A stretch of DNA of 34,327 nucleotides, from the sequence record SRR31156797_6791. The stretch is one strand, 5' to 3'. Position 1 is the stretch's first letter. Every line of letters begins with the position of its first letter. Made by a program: the position numbers and the translations under genes. The notes below the pieces were generated by a model. The model saw nothing but the letters and a program-made list of their open reading frames with translations. It was not told where the DNA came from and made no database searches. Shown one piece after another: positions 1 through 8,032 of this stretch.

Positions 1-52
1 AAATATTATATATTTAATTGATTATCATATTATTAAGAATCGAACTCGGGTT
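1..52 (-). mobile_element. Probable terminal end of an IS982-family insertion sequence that continues beyond the left window edge
   Basis: The minus strand reads (T)AACCCGAGTTCGATTCTTAATAATATGATAATCAA, resembling IS982-family ends (AC..GAGTTCGA) as recalled, not searched. IS110 protein similarity stops abruptly at this point. Confidence 0.55.
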
Positions 53-409
53 ACTACTTAATAATCCTAATGAATGTAGCTTTTGAATCCATTGGCAGTC
101 TTCAATATCTGTTTTTTTGCCTTTGATATTCTTGGTAAACTTACCATTACACAATATTACCTTAAAGCCTTTGCTAATAAGTACGGCATATTAGTTTTGC
201 CAGTAGGTACCTGTGCTTTCCATGGCAATAGTGGTTACTTTCTTTTCGATAAACCATTCTGCCATTTCAAAGAGGTCTTCATTATAAACTCCAAATTCAC
301 GAATATCCTCTTCTCTTTGTCCCACAGCCGCCCAATGTGAACGACTTCCGACATCAATACCTGCTGCATGGGTATTGATTACTTCCATTGAAATTGATCT
401 TTCTTCCAT
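53..409 (-). pseudogene. IS110-family transposase/recombinase, N-terminal RuvC-like DEDD domain only; in-frame stop plus truncation
   Basis: GIDVGSRSH..AV and IAMESTGTYW motifs. After TAA at 191-193 the same frame continues YAVLISKGFKVILCNGKFTKNIKGKKTDIEDCQWIQKLHSLGLLSS (the KTD..D..W....GLL motif of IS110) down to nt 53. Confidence 0.92.
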
Positions 410-425
410 AACCTGTCTTTTAAAA

Positions 426-604
426 CTCTATGGAGATGCGCTTTCGGCAAAGTAAACATTCTGAACGGGGTCATAGATACAAAGTATCAATGCCGCCACT
501 GAAATCATCGCAAACATCTCAACCAGAATTGCGCTCGTGCTTAAGAGCAACACTTTAAAGATCGGCCTTGCATAGAGCTAATGGTAAAGGTACCCCCGTT
601 AGCT
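426..604 (-). ncRNA. Candidate IS110 bridge/seek RNA in the non-coding end upstream of the transposase
   Basis: Nested stems: AGCTAA 576-581/TTAGCT 599-604, CTCTATG 426-432/CATAGAG 571-577, GAGATG 433-438/CATCTC 515-520, GATAC 476-480/GTATC 484-488, GCTC 533-536/GAGC 545-548. These leave two large internal loops at the position where IS110-group elements encode their guide RNA. Confidence 0.7.
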
Positions 605-634
605 TCAGAAATCAATGTCTTTGGTATAGGAGGA

Positions 635-676
635 ATTGGCTACAGATTACTGTTAATTAAAGACTATTCACTGTTT
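635..676 (+). repeat. Degenerate 7-bp tandem repeat tract (ACTGWTN type)
   Basis: attggct|acagatt|actgtta|attaaag|actattc|actgttt. Confidence 0.65.
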
Positions 677-681
677 TTTTA

Positions 682-689
682 TATTTTTG
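682..689 (+). promoter_or_regulatory. Bacteroidota sigmaA -7 element upstream of the SDR gene
   Basis: TATTTTTG matches TAnnTTTG, about 21 nt before ATG 711. Confidence 0.6.
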
Positions 690-710
690 CAGCAAACAGA
701 ATCATTCATC

Positions 711-1523
711 ATGAAAAATAAAGTCGTAGTGATTACCGGAGCTTCATCTGGAATTGGTCTGGCCCTTGCCAAAGAATTTGCCCATAGAGGATCAAAACTG
801 GTTTTAGCAGCCCGATCTAAAGACAAACTCAACGAAATTGAAGTAGAACTTAAACAAAAAAACACCGAAGTCATCACCGTAACTACAGACGTAAGCAAAG
901 AAAAAGATTGTAAACGAATGATAGAAAAAGCCATTGAAAGCTTTGGTGGTATTGATATTTTAATTAACAATGCCGGTTTGTCCATGCGCGCTTTATTTAA
1001 AGATGTAGATTTAGCCGTTCTCAAACAATTGATGGATGTAAATTTCTGGGGAACGGTTTATTGTACTAAATATGCCTTACCTCATCTTTTAGCTTCCAAA
1101 GGCTCTGTAACAGGCATTTCTTCCATCGCTGGCTTTATAGGCCTACCGGCTCGAACAGGTTATAGTGCCAGCAAATTTGCCATGCATGGTTTTTTAGAAA
1201 CCTTACGGGTTGAAAACCTAAAAAAAGGCTTACACGTATTGATTGCCGCTCCGGGCTTTACAGCTTCAAACATAAGAAAAACAGCGCTGACTAACGATGG
1301 TTCTCAGCAAGGTGAAACACCTCGCAAAGAAGATAAAATGATGAGTGCGGAAGAGGTCGCTTTTAAAGTAGCCAATGCCATCAAAAAAAGAAAAGCAACT
1401 TTAATACTGACTTTTGTGGAGGGTAAACTAACCGTATGGCTCAAAAAATGGATGCCTCGTTTATTGGAAAAAATGGCCTACAACCATATGGCAAAAGAAC
1501 CAGATTCTCCGCTAAACAAGTAA
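711..1523 (+). CDS. Classical short-chain dehydrogenase/reductase (SDR)
   Basis: TGASSGIG cofactor motif, NNAG, catalytic YSASK. ATG 711 is preferred to TTG 687, which overlaps the -7 promoter element. Confidence 0.93.
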   Translation: MKNKVVVITGASSGIGLALAKEFAHRGSKLVLAARSKDKLNEIEVELKQKNTEVITVTTDVSKEKDCKRMIEKAIESFGGIDILINNAGLSMRALFKDVDLAVLKQLMDVNFWGTVYCTKYALPHLLASKGSVTGISSIAGFIGLPARTGYSASKFAMHGFLETLRVENLKKGLHVLIAAPGFTASNIRKTALTNDGSQQGETPRKEDKMMSAEEVAFKVANAIKKRKATLILTFVEGKLTVWLKKWMPRLLEKMAYNHMAKEPDSPLNK

Positions 1524-1556
1524 ATGGTAAGTATTGGCGATGTTTGGATTTTAGGA

Positions 1557-1828
1557 TTGTCGAATTGCTTATTTGTCGAATTGAGGAGTTGAAAGTAATT
1601 ACATTAATCAACTAAACGGTTTAGCAACTTACCAATTTACCAAAAGACTGATGACTGTTTACTGAATAGCCAGGATTTTACTTTGATCGTTAGGGTATTA
1701 GGTTAATAGGTCATTAGGATTATCTTACACTGTTGACTTTTGACTGATTACTGTTCCACCTGATAACTCTTAATTGAAGACTGTTGACTAATTACTGTTA
1801 ACTGATGACTACTAACTGTTAACTGAAA
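1557..1828 (+). repeat. Mosaic of degenerate 8-bp and 7-bp tandem repeats between convergent genes
   Basis: 8-mers: ttgtcgaa|ttgcttat|ttgtcgaa|ttgaggag|ttgaaagt (1557-1596), ttagcaac|ttaccaat|ttaccaaa (1621-1644), ttagggta|ttaggtta|ataggtca|ttaggatt (1690-1721). About 14 heptamers (actgttg/actgatt/actgtta/actgatg) at 1729-1828. Confidence 0.8.
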
Positions 1829-1829
1829 G

Positions 1830-2468
1830 CTAATCCAGCGGATTATCAATCATAAAAATAATAAAACCAATAACAACTAGAATAACAATGGTGGCACCGG
1901 TAATTTTATTCAGCCACCATAACCTGCGTAAGTTAATTTTTGAACGAAACATACTGATTAGCGAAGTAAGAATAAACCACCACAAGGACGCACCAGACAT
2001 CACTCCTCCTATTAAAACAAAATGATCATAGGCTCCTCCTCCCGGTTTAACTGCGCCAAATCCGGCAAAAAAGGCTAAAAATAAAAATATGGCTAAGGGG
2101 TTAGATATGGTAATTAGAAAAGTGGAAATAAAATCCTGAAATAAATTGCCTTTACCCTGCCGCTGCTTCCTAAGCTGCTTGGCCGGGTTACTATAAAAAA
2201 TATTGATACCTAATAATATTAATAAAACAGCACCAAATATCTGAATATATAACATTTGCTTTTCAATAAAGCTAATGATAAAAGAGAGGCTAAATCCTGC
2301 AATAACAGCATAAGCAGTATCGCTCAACGCTGCACCTAAACCTGAAATAAATCCGGATAAGCGGCCTTTATTTAAGGTACGCTGTATACACAGCACCCCA
2401 ATCGGTCCCAAAGGTACCGAAGCCGAAAAACCAACGATTATGCCATCAATATAATATTGTAATATCAT
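1830..2468 (-). CDS. LysE/RhtB-family amino-acid exporter
   Basis: N-terminal GFSASVPLGPIGVLCIQRTL..G..SGF motif, LITISNP motif, about 6 TM helices, 212 aa. Confidence 0.9.
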   Translation of the reverse strand: MILQYYIDGIIVGFSASVPLGPIGVLCIQRTLNKGRLSGFISGLGAALSDTAYAVIAGFSLSFIISFIEKQMLYIQIFGAVLLILLGINIFYSNPAKQLRKQRQGKGNLFQDFISTFLITISNPLAIFLFLAFFAGFGAVKPGGGAYDHFVLIGGVMSGASLWWFILTSLISMFRSKINLRRLWWLNKITGATIVILVVIGFIIFMIDNPLD

Positions 2469-2826
2469 CTCTTTATATTATCCTTCAATCCCACTTTTCA
2501 ATCTCCTTACACCCACTATAGACATTGTATTTAAGGTAGTGAAGTTTACGGTCGAATTCAAGTTTAAGGTTCCTTATAAATTACTGATTCCCTATCGTTC
2601 ATATTATTATTATAAACAACTCTAATTATTTTAGGGAGAGCAAAAATAGAAGAAAAAACTACACTTAAAAATAGGCCGGCTGTAGAACCCAATTAATCTT
2701 TTATTATATTGTTTTGATTTTCAATTCATAAAGAAAACTAAAATCTCTTTACACAAAGCTTCACACACCTTCTTTGATGAAAATTTATGATTATTTATTT
2801 GTTAATTTTAGCTAAACACTACCTTT

Positions 2827-2894
2827 GTTAACATTCAGTTAACATTTATATAACATTTAGCAAATATTAATAGTTTGAATACTACCTATGTTTG
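2827..2894 (+). promoter_or_regulatory. Pho-box-like 11-bp direct repeats plus -7 promoter element upstream of the phosphate transporter
   Basis: TTAACA at 2828 and 2839, ATAACA at 2850 (exact 11-bp period); TATGTTTG at 2887-2894. Confidence 0.6.
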
Positions 2895-2928
2895 CGCCAC
2901 TATTAAGAGTAATTAAACTAACAAATTA

Positions 2929-5187
2929 ATGGACAATATTTATTTAATTCTGGTAGTCGTTTTGTTTGTATTGGCTATATCAGATTTGGTTGTAGGTGTG
3001 AGTAATGATGCTGTTAACTTTTTAAACTCAGCATTAGGATCTAAAGCAGCACCTTTTAAAGTTATTATGGTCATAGCGGCAGCTGGTATTTTTGTCGGAG
3101 CCACATTTTCAAGTGGTATGATGGAAGTTGCCCGAAAAGGGATTTTTAATCCTCAGTACTTTTATTTTACTGAAATCATGACCATATTTTTAGCGGTAAT
3201 GATTACGGATGTATTATTACTGGATGTATTTAATACATTTGGAATGCCTACTTCCACCACCGTATCTATTGTTTTTGAATTACTGGGTGGAGCTATAGCA
3301 CTGTCTATCATCAAGCTATCTAACAACCCGGAAATTCCTTTAAGTGATTATATTAACACCGCCAAAGCGCTGGCCATTATATCCGGTATTTTATTATCCG
3401 TTGTGGTGGCTTTCTCTTCCGGAGCTATTATTCAATATTTTACCAGGCTCGTTTTTTCTTTTAATTATGAAAGCCGTCTTAAGTATTTAGGTGCCCTTTG
3501 GGGAGGAATTGCTATTACAGCAATCACTTATTTTATTTTGGTGAAAGGCGCTAAAGGGGCTTCTTTTATGAGTAGCGATGCCAAAGCCTGGGTTAAAGAA
3601 AATACGGTTCAAATTATTTTCATCAGTTTTGCCGGCTGGACTGTTCTGCTTCAGCTGATGCGAATGATCTTTAAAACAGACATTCTGAGATTAACGGTAC
3701 TGGTTGGTACCTTTGCATTGGCCATGGCCTTTGCCGGTAACGATTTAGTTAACTTTATTGGAGTACCGTTAGCCGGATTTGAATCATTTAAGATATTTCA
3801 GGCATCCGGTTCTGCTGCTGATGGTTTATTAATGGAATCCTTAGCAGGGAAAGTAAAAACAGACACCTACCTTTTAATTATTGCCGGTTTAATCATGGTT
3901 ATCACTTTATGGACTTCTAAAAAAGCCCGTAATGTGGTAAAAACATCTTTAGATTTAGCCAGACAACATGAAGGTGAAGAAAGATTCGGTTCATCTTATT
4001 TATCCCGTGCCATTGTGCATGGAGTTGTAAACATGGTAAATACTGTTAATAAGGTAATTCCGGCAGGTGTTCGCACAAAAATTGAAAAGCAGTTTGATTA
4101 TCAGGTATACGAAGAAAAAAGAAAGCAATTGGGAGATGAAGCTCCTGTGTTTGATATGCTTCGTGCCTCGGTAAATTTAGTTGTTGCCAGTATTCTGATA
4201 TCTTTAGCTACCTCATTTAAACTTCCTCTATCCACCACCTACGTGACCTTTATGGTAGCTATGGGTAGTTCATTAACCGACGGAGCCTGGGGTAGAGAAA
4301 GTGCTGTATATCGTGTAACAGGAGTACTATCTGTTGTGGGAGGATGGTTTTTAACTGCCATATCTGCATTTACAGTTTGTTTTATCGTAGCCAATATTAT
4401 TTATTTTGGTGGTGTTTATATGGTATTTGTCCTTATCGCTATTTCTTTGTTTATTATTTACAGAACTCACATTATCAGTAAAAAAAGAAGTGCTAAAAGC
4501 ATCGATACAAAAACTGCCACACTTGAAGAGATAGATGAAAAAGCTTTAGCTAAAGCGATTTTTGATAACTGTACTTTAAATACTATTTCTTGCCTGCAAG
4601 AGGTTTCTGATATATACACTGCCACATTCCCTCTTTTCCAGGAAGAAAACAGAAAAGGAATTAAACAAAATATTAAAAAGGTATCTGAGTTAAACAAAAC
4701 CATTAAAGGGTATAAGGACAATATTTACAAAACAGTTAAAAAATTACAGGAATCAGAAATTGATTCTAGCTTACATTACGTACAAGTAATTGATTATTTA
4801 AGAGAAGCAGCACATGCTTTATCTTATATCGTAAAACCTTGTTATCAGCATCTGGATAACAACCATACACCATTTAATGATAAACAATACGAGGATCTGA
4901 ATATCTGTGTTGATGATGTAGCCAAATATATTAGCTCGGTAATTGATATTATTAAGAAAGGTGATTACAATGACTTTGAATCTGCCCGCGATAAGATGGA
5001 AAAATTCACCGGAGATTTAAAATCGCTTAGAAAAAAACAATTAAAGCGAATTAAAAAATCTTCTAAATCGAGCACACAAAATAGTATGTTGTTTTTAAAC
5101 TTGTTACACGAAACCCAAAATATGATTTTGCATATTGGTAACTTGTTAAAAGCTCAAAAAGAATTTGGAAGTTACAACAATGACTAA
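2929..5187 (+). CDS. PiT-family inorganic phosphate transporter with a C-terminal helical, PhoU-like domain
   Basis: Two PiT signature repeats (GVSNDAVN, AGNDLVN), PTSTT and PLSTT motifs, many TM helices, soluble helical C-terminus of about 230 aa. Confidence 0.9.
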   Translation: MDNIYLILVVVLFVLAISDLVVGVSNDAVNFLNSALGSKAAPFKVIMVIAAAGIFVGATFSSGMMEVARKGIFNPQYFYFTEIMTIFLAVMITDVLLLDVFNTFGMPTSTTVSIVFELLGGAIALSIIKLSNNPEIPLSDYINTAKALAIISGILLSVVVAFSSGAIIQYFTRLVFSFNYESRLKYLGALWGGIAITAITYFILVKGAKGASFMSSDAKAWVKENTVQIIFISFAGWTVLLQLMRMIFKTDILRLTVLVGTFALAMAFAGNDLVNFIGVPLAGFESFKIFQASGSAADGLLMESLAGKVKTDTYLLIIAGLIMVITLWTSKKARNVVKTSLDLARQHEGEERFGSSYLSRAIVHGVVNMVNTVNKVIPAGVRTKIEKQFDYQVYEEKRKQLGDEAPVFDMLRASVNLVVASILISLATSFKLPLSTTYVTFMVAMGSSLTDGAWGRESAVYRVTGVLSVVGGWFLTAISAFTVCFIVANIIYFGGVYMVFVLIAISLFIIYRTHIISKKRSAKSIDTKTATLEEIDEKALAKAIFDNCTLNTISCLQEVSDIYTATFPLFQEENRKGIKQNIKKVSELNKTIKGYKDNIYKTVKKLQESEIDSSLHYVQVIDYLREAAHALSYIVKPCYQHLDNNHTPFNDKQYEDLNICVDDVAKYISSVIDIIKKGDYNDFESARDKMEKFTGDLKSLRKKQLKRIKKSSKSSTQNSMLFLNLLHETQNMILHIGNLLKAQKEFGSYNND

Positions 5188-5207
5188 TTCGTTTTAAAGA
5201 ACATATT

Positions 5208-5243
5208 AAAAGGGAGAAATGAAATATCGTTTCTCCTTTTTTT
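5208..5243 (+). terminator. Rho-independent terminator
   Basis: aaaagggagaaatga...tcgtttctccttttttt hairpin with U-tract after the PiT stop. Confidence 0.8.
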
Positions 5244-5369
5244 ATTCCCTTTTATATTTAACAAAATCCAACATATGCCAAATTGTTAGACTCCAGTTTT
5301 TGATATAATCAACTCTACAGATAACTATTCATCGTAAACCGATCTTTATTTTTATCTCCCCACGCCTGC

Positions 5370-5528
5370 TTTCTATTTTGCTTGATCAAAAAGAAACAAA
5401 AAATCAAGAGCAATAGAATCCTTCATCCCTCATCGAACTTCAATTCCTGCTGACTCACAACCTCCTCAAGTGCGCTCTTGAAGTTCTCTCTCCATCACCG
5501 GCTCGGTCTATTGCTCTGGCCAGCGCAC
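5370..5528. other. Structured intergenic element (pseudoknot plus multi-stem); probable dispersed repeat, MITE or ncRNA
   Basis: Hairpin 5370-5396 whose loop CTTGAT is complementary to ATCAAG 5403-5408; perfect 11-bp IR 5407-5417/5507-5517; 9-bp IR 5435-5443/5478-5486; more GC-rich than its flanks. Confidence 0.6.
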
Positions 5529-5653
5529 ATGAATACCAGAAAAGAACAGTATTCACCTATCATATAGTCGACATATTTATTAATCAACTTATAATTCTAA
5601 ATAACAACCAATTACTAATATATCGATCTCTAATTACTGATTACTAAAAAGCG

Positions 5654-5668
5654 TTAGAATAAATCTAA
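5654..5668. promoter_or_regulatory. Fur/PerR-like 7-1-7 inverted repeat upstream of rubrerythrin
   Basis: TTAGAATAAATCTAA is an imperfect palindrome resembling the PerR box TTATAATnATTATAA. Confidence 0.5.
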
Positions 5669-5744
5669 ATTAAATTCGAGAAGAATAAATCCATAGCAGA
5701 TTTGCTATATTCATGCCGCAAATAGATAAAATAAACAAACTAAT

Positions 5745-6320
5745 ATGAAAAGTTTAAAAGGTACAAAAACAGAGCAAAACTTATTAAAAGCCTTTGCAGG
5801 TGAGTCTCAAGCACGTATGAGATATACTTACTTTGCGAAACAAGCTAAAAAAGATGGTTTGGAGCAAATCTCTGCCATTTTTATGGAAACTGCAGAACAA
5901 GAAAGAGAACACGCAAAACGTTTCTTTAAATTTTTAGAAGGTGGTATGGTTGAAATAACAGCTACTTATCCTGCAGGAGTGATTGGTTCTACTTTAGAAA
6001 ACTTAAAAGCTGCTGCTGATGGAGAAAATGAGGAGTGGACGGAGCTATATCCTGAATTTGCAAAAGTAGCGGAAGAAGAAGGTTTTAAAGAAGTGGCTGT
6101 AGCTTTTAAAATGATTGCTAAAGTGGAAGCTTATCACGAAGAAAGATATCGTACTCTATACAATAATCTTGAAGCCGGTAAAATATTTGAAAAAGACGGA
6201 AAAGTAATCTGGAAGTGCAGAAACTGTGGATTCCTTCATGAATCAGCAAAAGCACCAAAAACTTGTCCTGCTTGTTTACATGATCAAAAATACTTCGAAA
6301 TCAAAGAAGAAAATTATTAA
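5745..6320 (+). CDS. rbr: Rubrerythrin
   Basis: [12 protein letters not shown], two ExxH diiron motifs (EREH, EAYH), C-terminal rubredoxin CRNCG...CPAC. Confidence 0.97.
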   Translation: MKSLKGTKTEQNLLKAFAGESQARMRYTYFAKQAKKDGLEQISAIFMETAEQEREHAKRFFKFLEGGMVEITATYPAGVIGSTLENLKAAADGENEEWTELYPEFAKVAEEEGFKEVAVAFKMIAKVEAYHEERYRTLYNNLEAGKIFEKDGKVIWKCRNCGFLHESAKAPKTCPACLHDQKYFEIKEENY

Positions 6321-6323
6321 TAG

Positions 6324-6365
6324 AAAAAACGTCATCAGTAATAAAAAGCTGATGACGTTTTTTTT
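6324..6365. terminator. Bidirectional rho-independent terminator
   Basis: Perfect 15-bp stem aaaaaacgtcatcag/ctgatgacgtttttt between convergent genes. Confidence 0.9.
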
Positions 6366-6441
6366 AATCTTATTATTAAAGATGTTGGATTTGTGATTGA
6401 CGACTTTGCTTATATCGTTTGTTCATTAGTAATATTGTTAG

Positions 6442-6488
6442 ACTGATTACTGCAAACTGATCACTGTTCACTGATTATTGCAAACTTG
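6442..6488 (+). repeat. 7-bp tandem repeat tract
   Basis: actgatt|actgcaa|actgatc|actgttc|actgatt|attgcaa. Confidence 0.8.
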
Positions 6489-7844
6489 TTATCTGGATCT
6501 CACTATAGTCGTCTCATTAATCCATGAACCCAAAGGATACTCATCTCCCTCTTTCAGGCCTCTGAAAAACAATGTTTCTTTATTGGGAAAATATTGAGTA
6601 TAAATAGCAATCTGCTCATTGGCCTCTTCAGCACATGATGGATCAATAGACTTTGCTTTTGAAAAGCTATCGGTAGCCAGCCAATAAACAGTTGAATGCT
6701 CAAACTCATCTTTCCCAAATTTTTTGCTTCCTGCTGCATATATTTTACCAATCAGTATATAAGGTTTACCCCAATCCCCTTTCAATGCAACTGCTTCACG
6801 GGCTAGCTTTCTGGCCTCCTGTAAGTCCTGAAAATGAGCAAACTCAATAGAAGCTAATTCATAACAATACATCGATTTTACAGCTTTATCATCACAACTA
6901 TTGATGGCTTCCTGATAATAAGATTTTGACTTTTGAAAATCCTGCTTTTTAACAAATAACTTCGCCAATTGATATGCTGCTTTGTAATCAGGATTTAACG
7001 CATAATTTTTCTCAACTAACTCAACATAAAAGGGTGAATCTGTACAGGATAACTTATCCAACAAACCAACTATCCTGGAAACATTCTCTGCATTATCTTT
7101 ATCTGCGCTAAATTGCTCCTGCAACATATTTTCAATGGAAGCACACTCTCCCCCACCCGACTGTACAAATAAGTCTTCACAACCATTTCTAATTTTTTTA
7201 ATGCGCTCTGTTTCATTGACAGAGGCATTGGCAATTTGCACATCTAAAACGGCAGAAATTGTCATGAAATCGTTAAAAAACTGATCTTTTGAAATATCAC
7301 CATGATTCATTAAACTCAATCCTGTTTTTAACCAGGTAAACAACACCACATCTTCTGACTGATCTCCTCTTAATTCAAAGGATTTAGAAAACCAATTATA
7401 TGCATCCATCATATCCTTTTGGTTACCTCTTTTGTATTTCATTAGATCTAATGCTTTTCTACCCAAAATCCAGCCTTCAGGATATTTGGGATGAGTACCA
7501 AAGTATTTGATGCGCTGATCATAAATCATCATCATGGTATCTACAATTTCATCCTTCCTGGTTTCTGTTTTTGCTTTATTGTAATAATAGGAGTATAATT
7601 TTATTCCATCCGAGTACACTCTAATTTTGGCATCCGGACAATTCTTAAACATATATTGCCATGGCTCAAGTGTGTAGTTATACATTTTCTTTTTAAGATT
7701 TAATGTATAGATAGAATACTGTTTTAAACATTCGATGCTATCGGAAGCTGAAGAATCATTGTATTCCTGCACATCGTTTTTTTTTGCATCTACCCCAATA
7801 AAAACTGCTAAAGTCAGCAGTGTTAACATATATTTCATCATCAT
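6489..7844 (-). CDS. Exported tetratricopeptide-repeat (TPR) protein
   Basis: Signal-peptide-like MKYMLTLLTLAVFIGVDA; TPR-like helices (AAYQLAKLFVKKQDFQKSKSYYQEAI, PYILIGKIYA, SFSKAKSIDP). The start is one of ATG 7844, 7841 or 7838. Confidence 0.85.
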   Translation of the reverse strand: MMMKYMLTLLTLAVFIGVDAKKNDVQEYNDSSASDSIECLKQYSIYTLNLKKKMYNYTLEPWQYMFKNCPDAKIRVYSDGIKLYSYYYNKAKTETRKDEIVDTMMMIYDQRIKYFGTHPKYPEGWILGRKALDLMKYKRGNQKDMMDAYNWFSKSFELRGDQSEDVVLFTWLKTGLSLMNHGDISKDQFFNDFMTISAVLDVQIANASVNETERIKKIRNGCEDLFVQSGGGECASIENMLQEQFSADKDNAENVSRIVGLLDKLSCTDSPFYVELVEKNYALNPDYKAAYQLAKLFVKKQDFQKSKSYYQEAINSCDDKAVKSMYCYELASIEFAHFQDLQEARKLAREAVALKGDWGKPYILIGKIYAAGSKKFGKDEFEHSTVYWLATDSFSKAKSIDPSCAEEANEQIAIYTQYFPNKETLFFRGLKEGDEYPLGSWINETTIVRSR

Positions 7845-7911
7845 TAAAAGATTTAAATTTAAACACGAAACAAATTCGTTCAATTAGCTTAATTATTTCA
7901 AAACTTATCTA

Positions 7912-8032
7912 ATCAACAACCTTGCCACATTTACATAAGCAACTAAAATCCAAAATCATACACTTCACAAAGACCTATAAACTATAGTTCTATAGTGTAC
8001 GATCTACAACGCTTTTTGTCCGAAAATGAACA
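7912..8032 (-). promoter_or_regulatory. Sigma54-type -24/-12 promoter with upstream TGT-N10-ACA enhancer sites
   Basis: Minus strand TGGCAAGGTTGTTGAT (7927-7912); TGTTCATTTTCGGACA (8032-8017); a second degenerate site CGTTGTAGATCGTACA (8011-7996). Confidence 0.7.

Noticed and set aside
83-340. 85-aa plus-strand ORF
   Set aside because: Antisense shadow of the IS110 pseudogene; TTG start and no recognisable motif.
1557-1828. CRISPR array
   Set aside because: Units are 7-8 bp and contiguous, with no 25-45 bp repeats separated by unique spacers and no cas genes.
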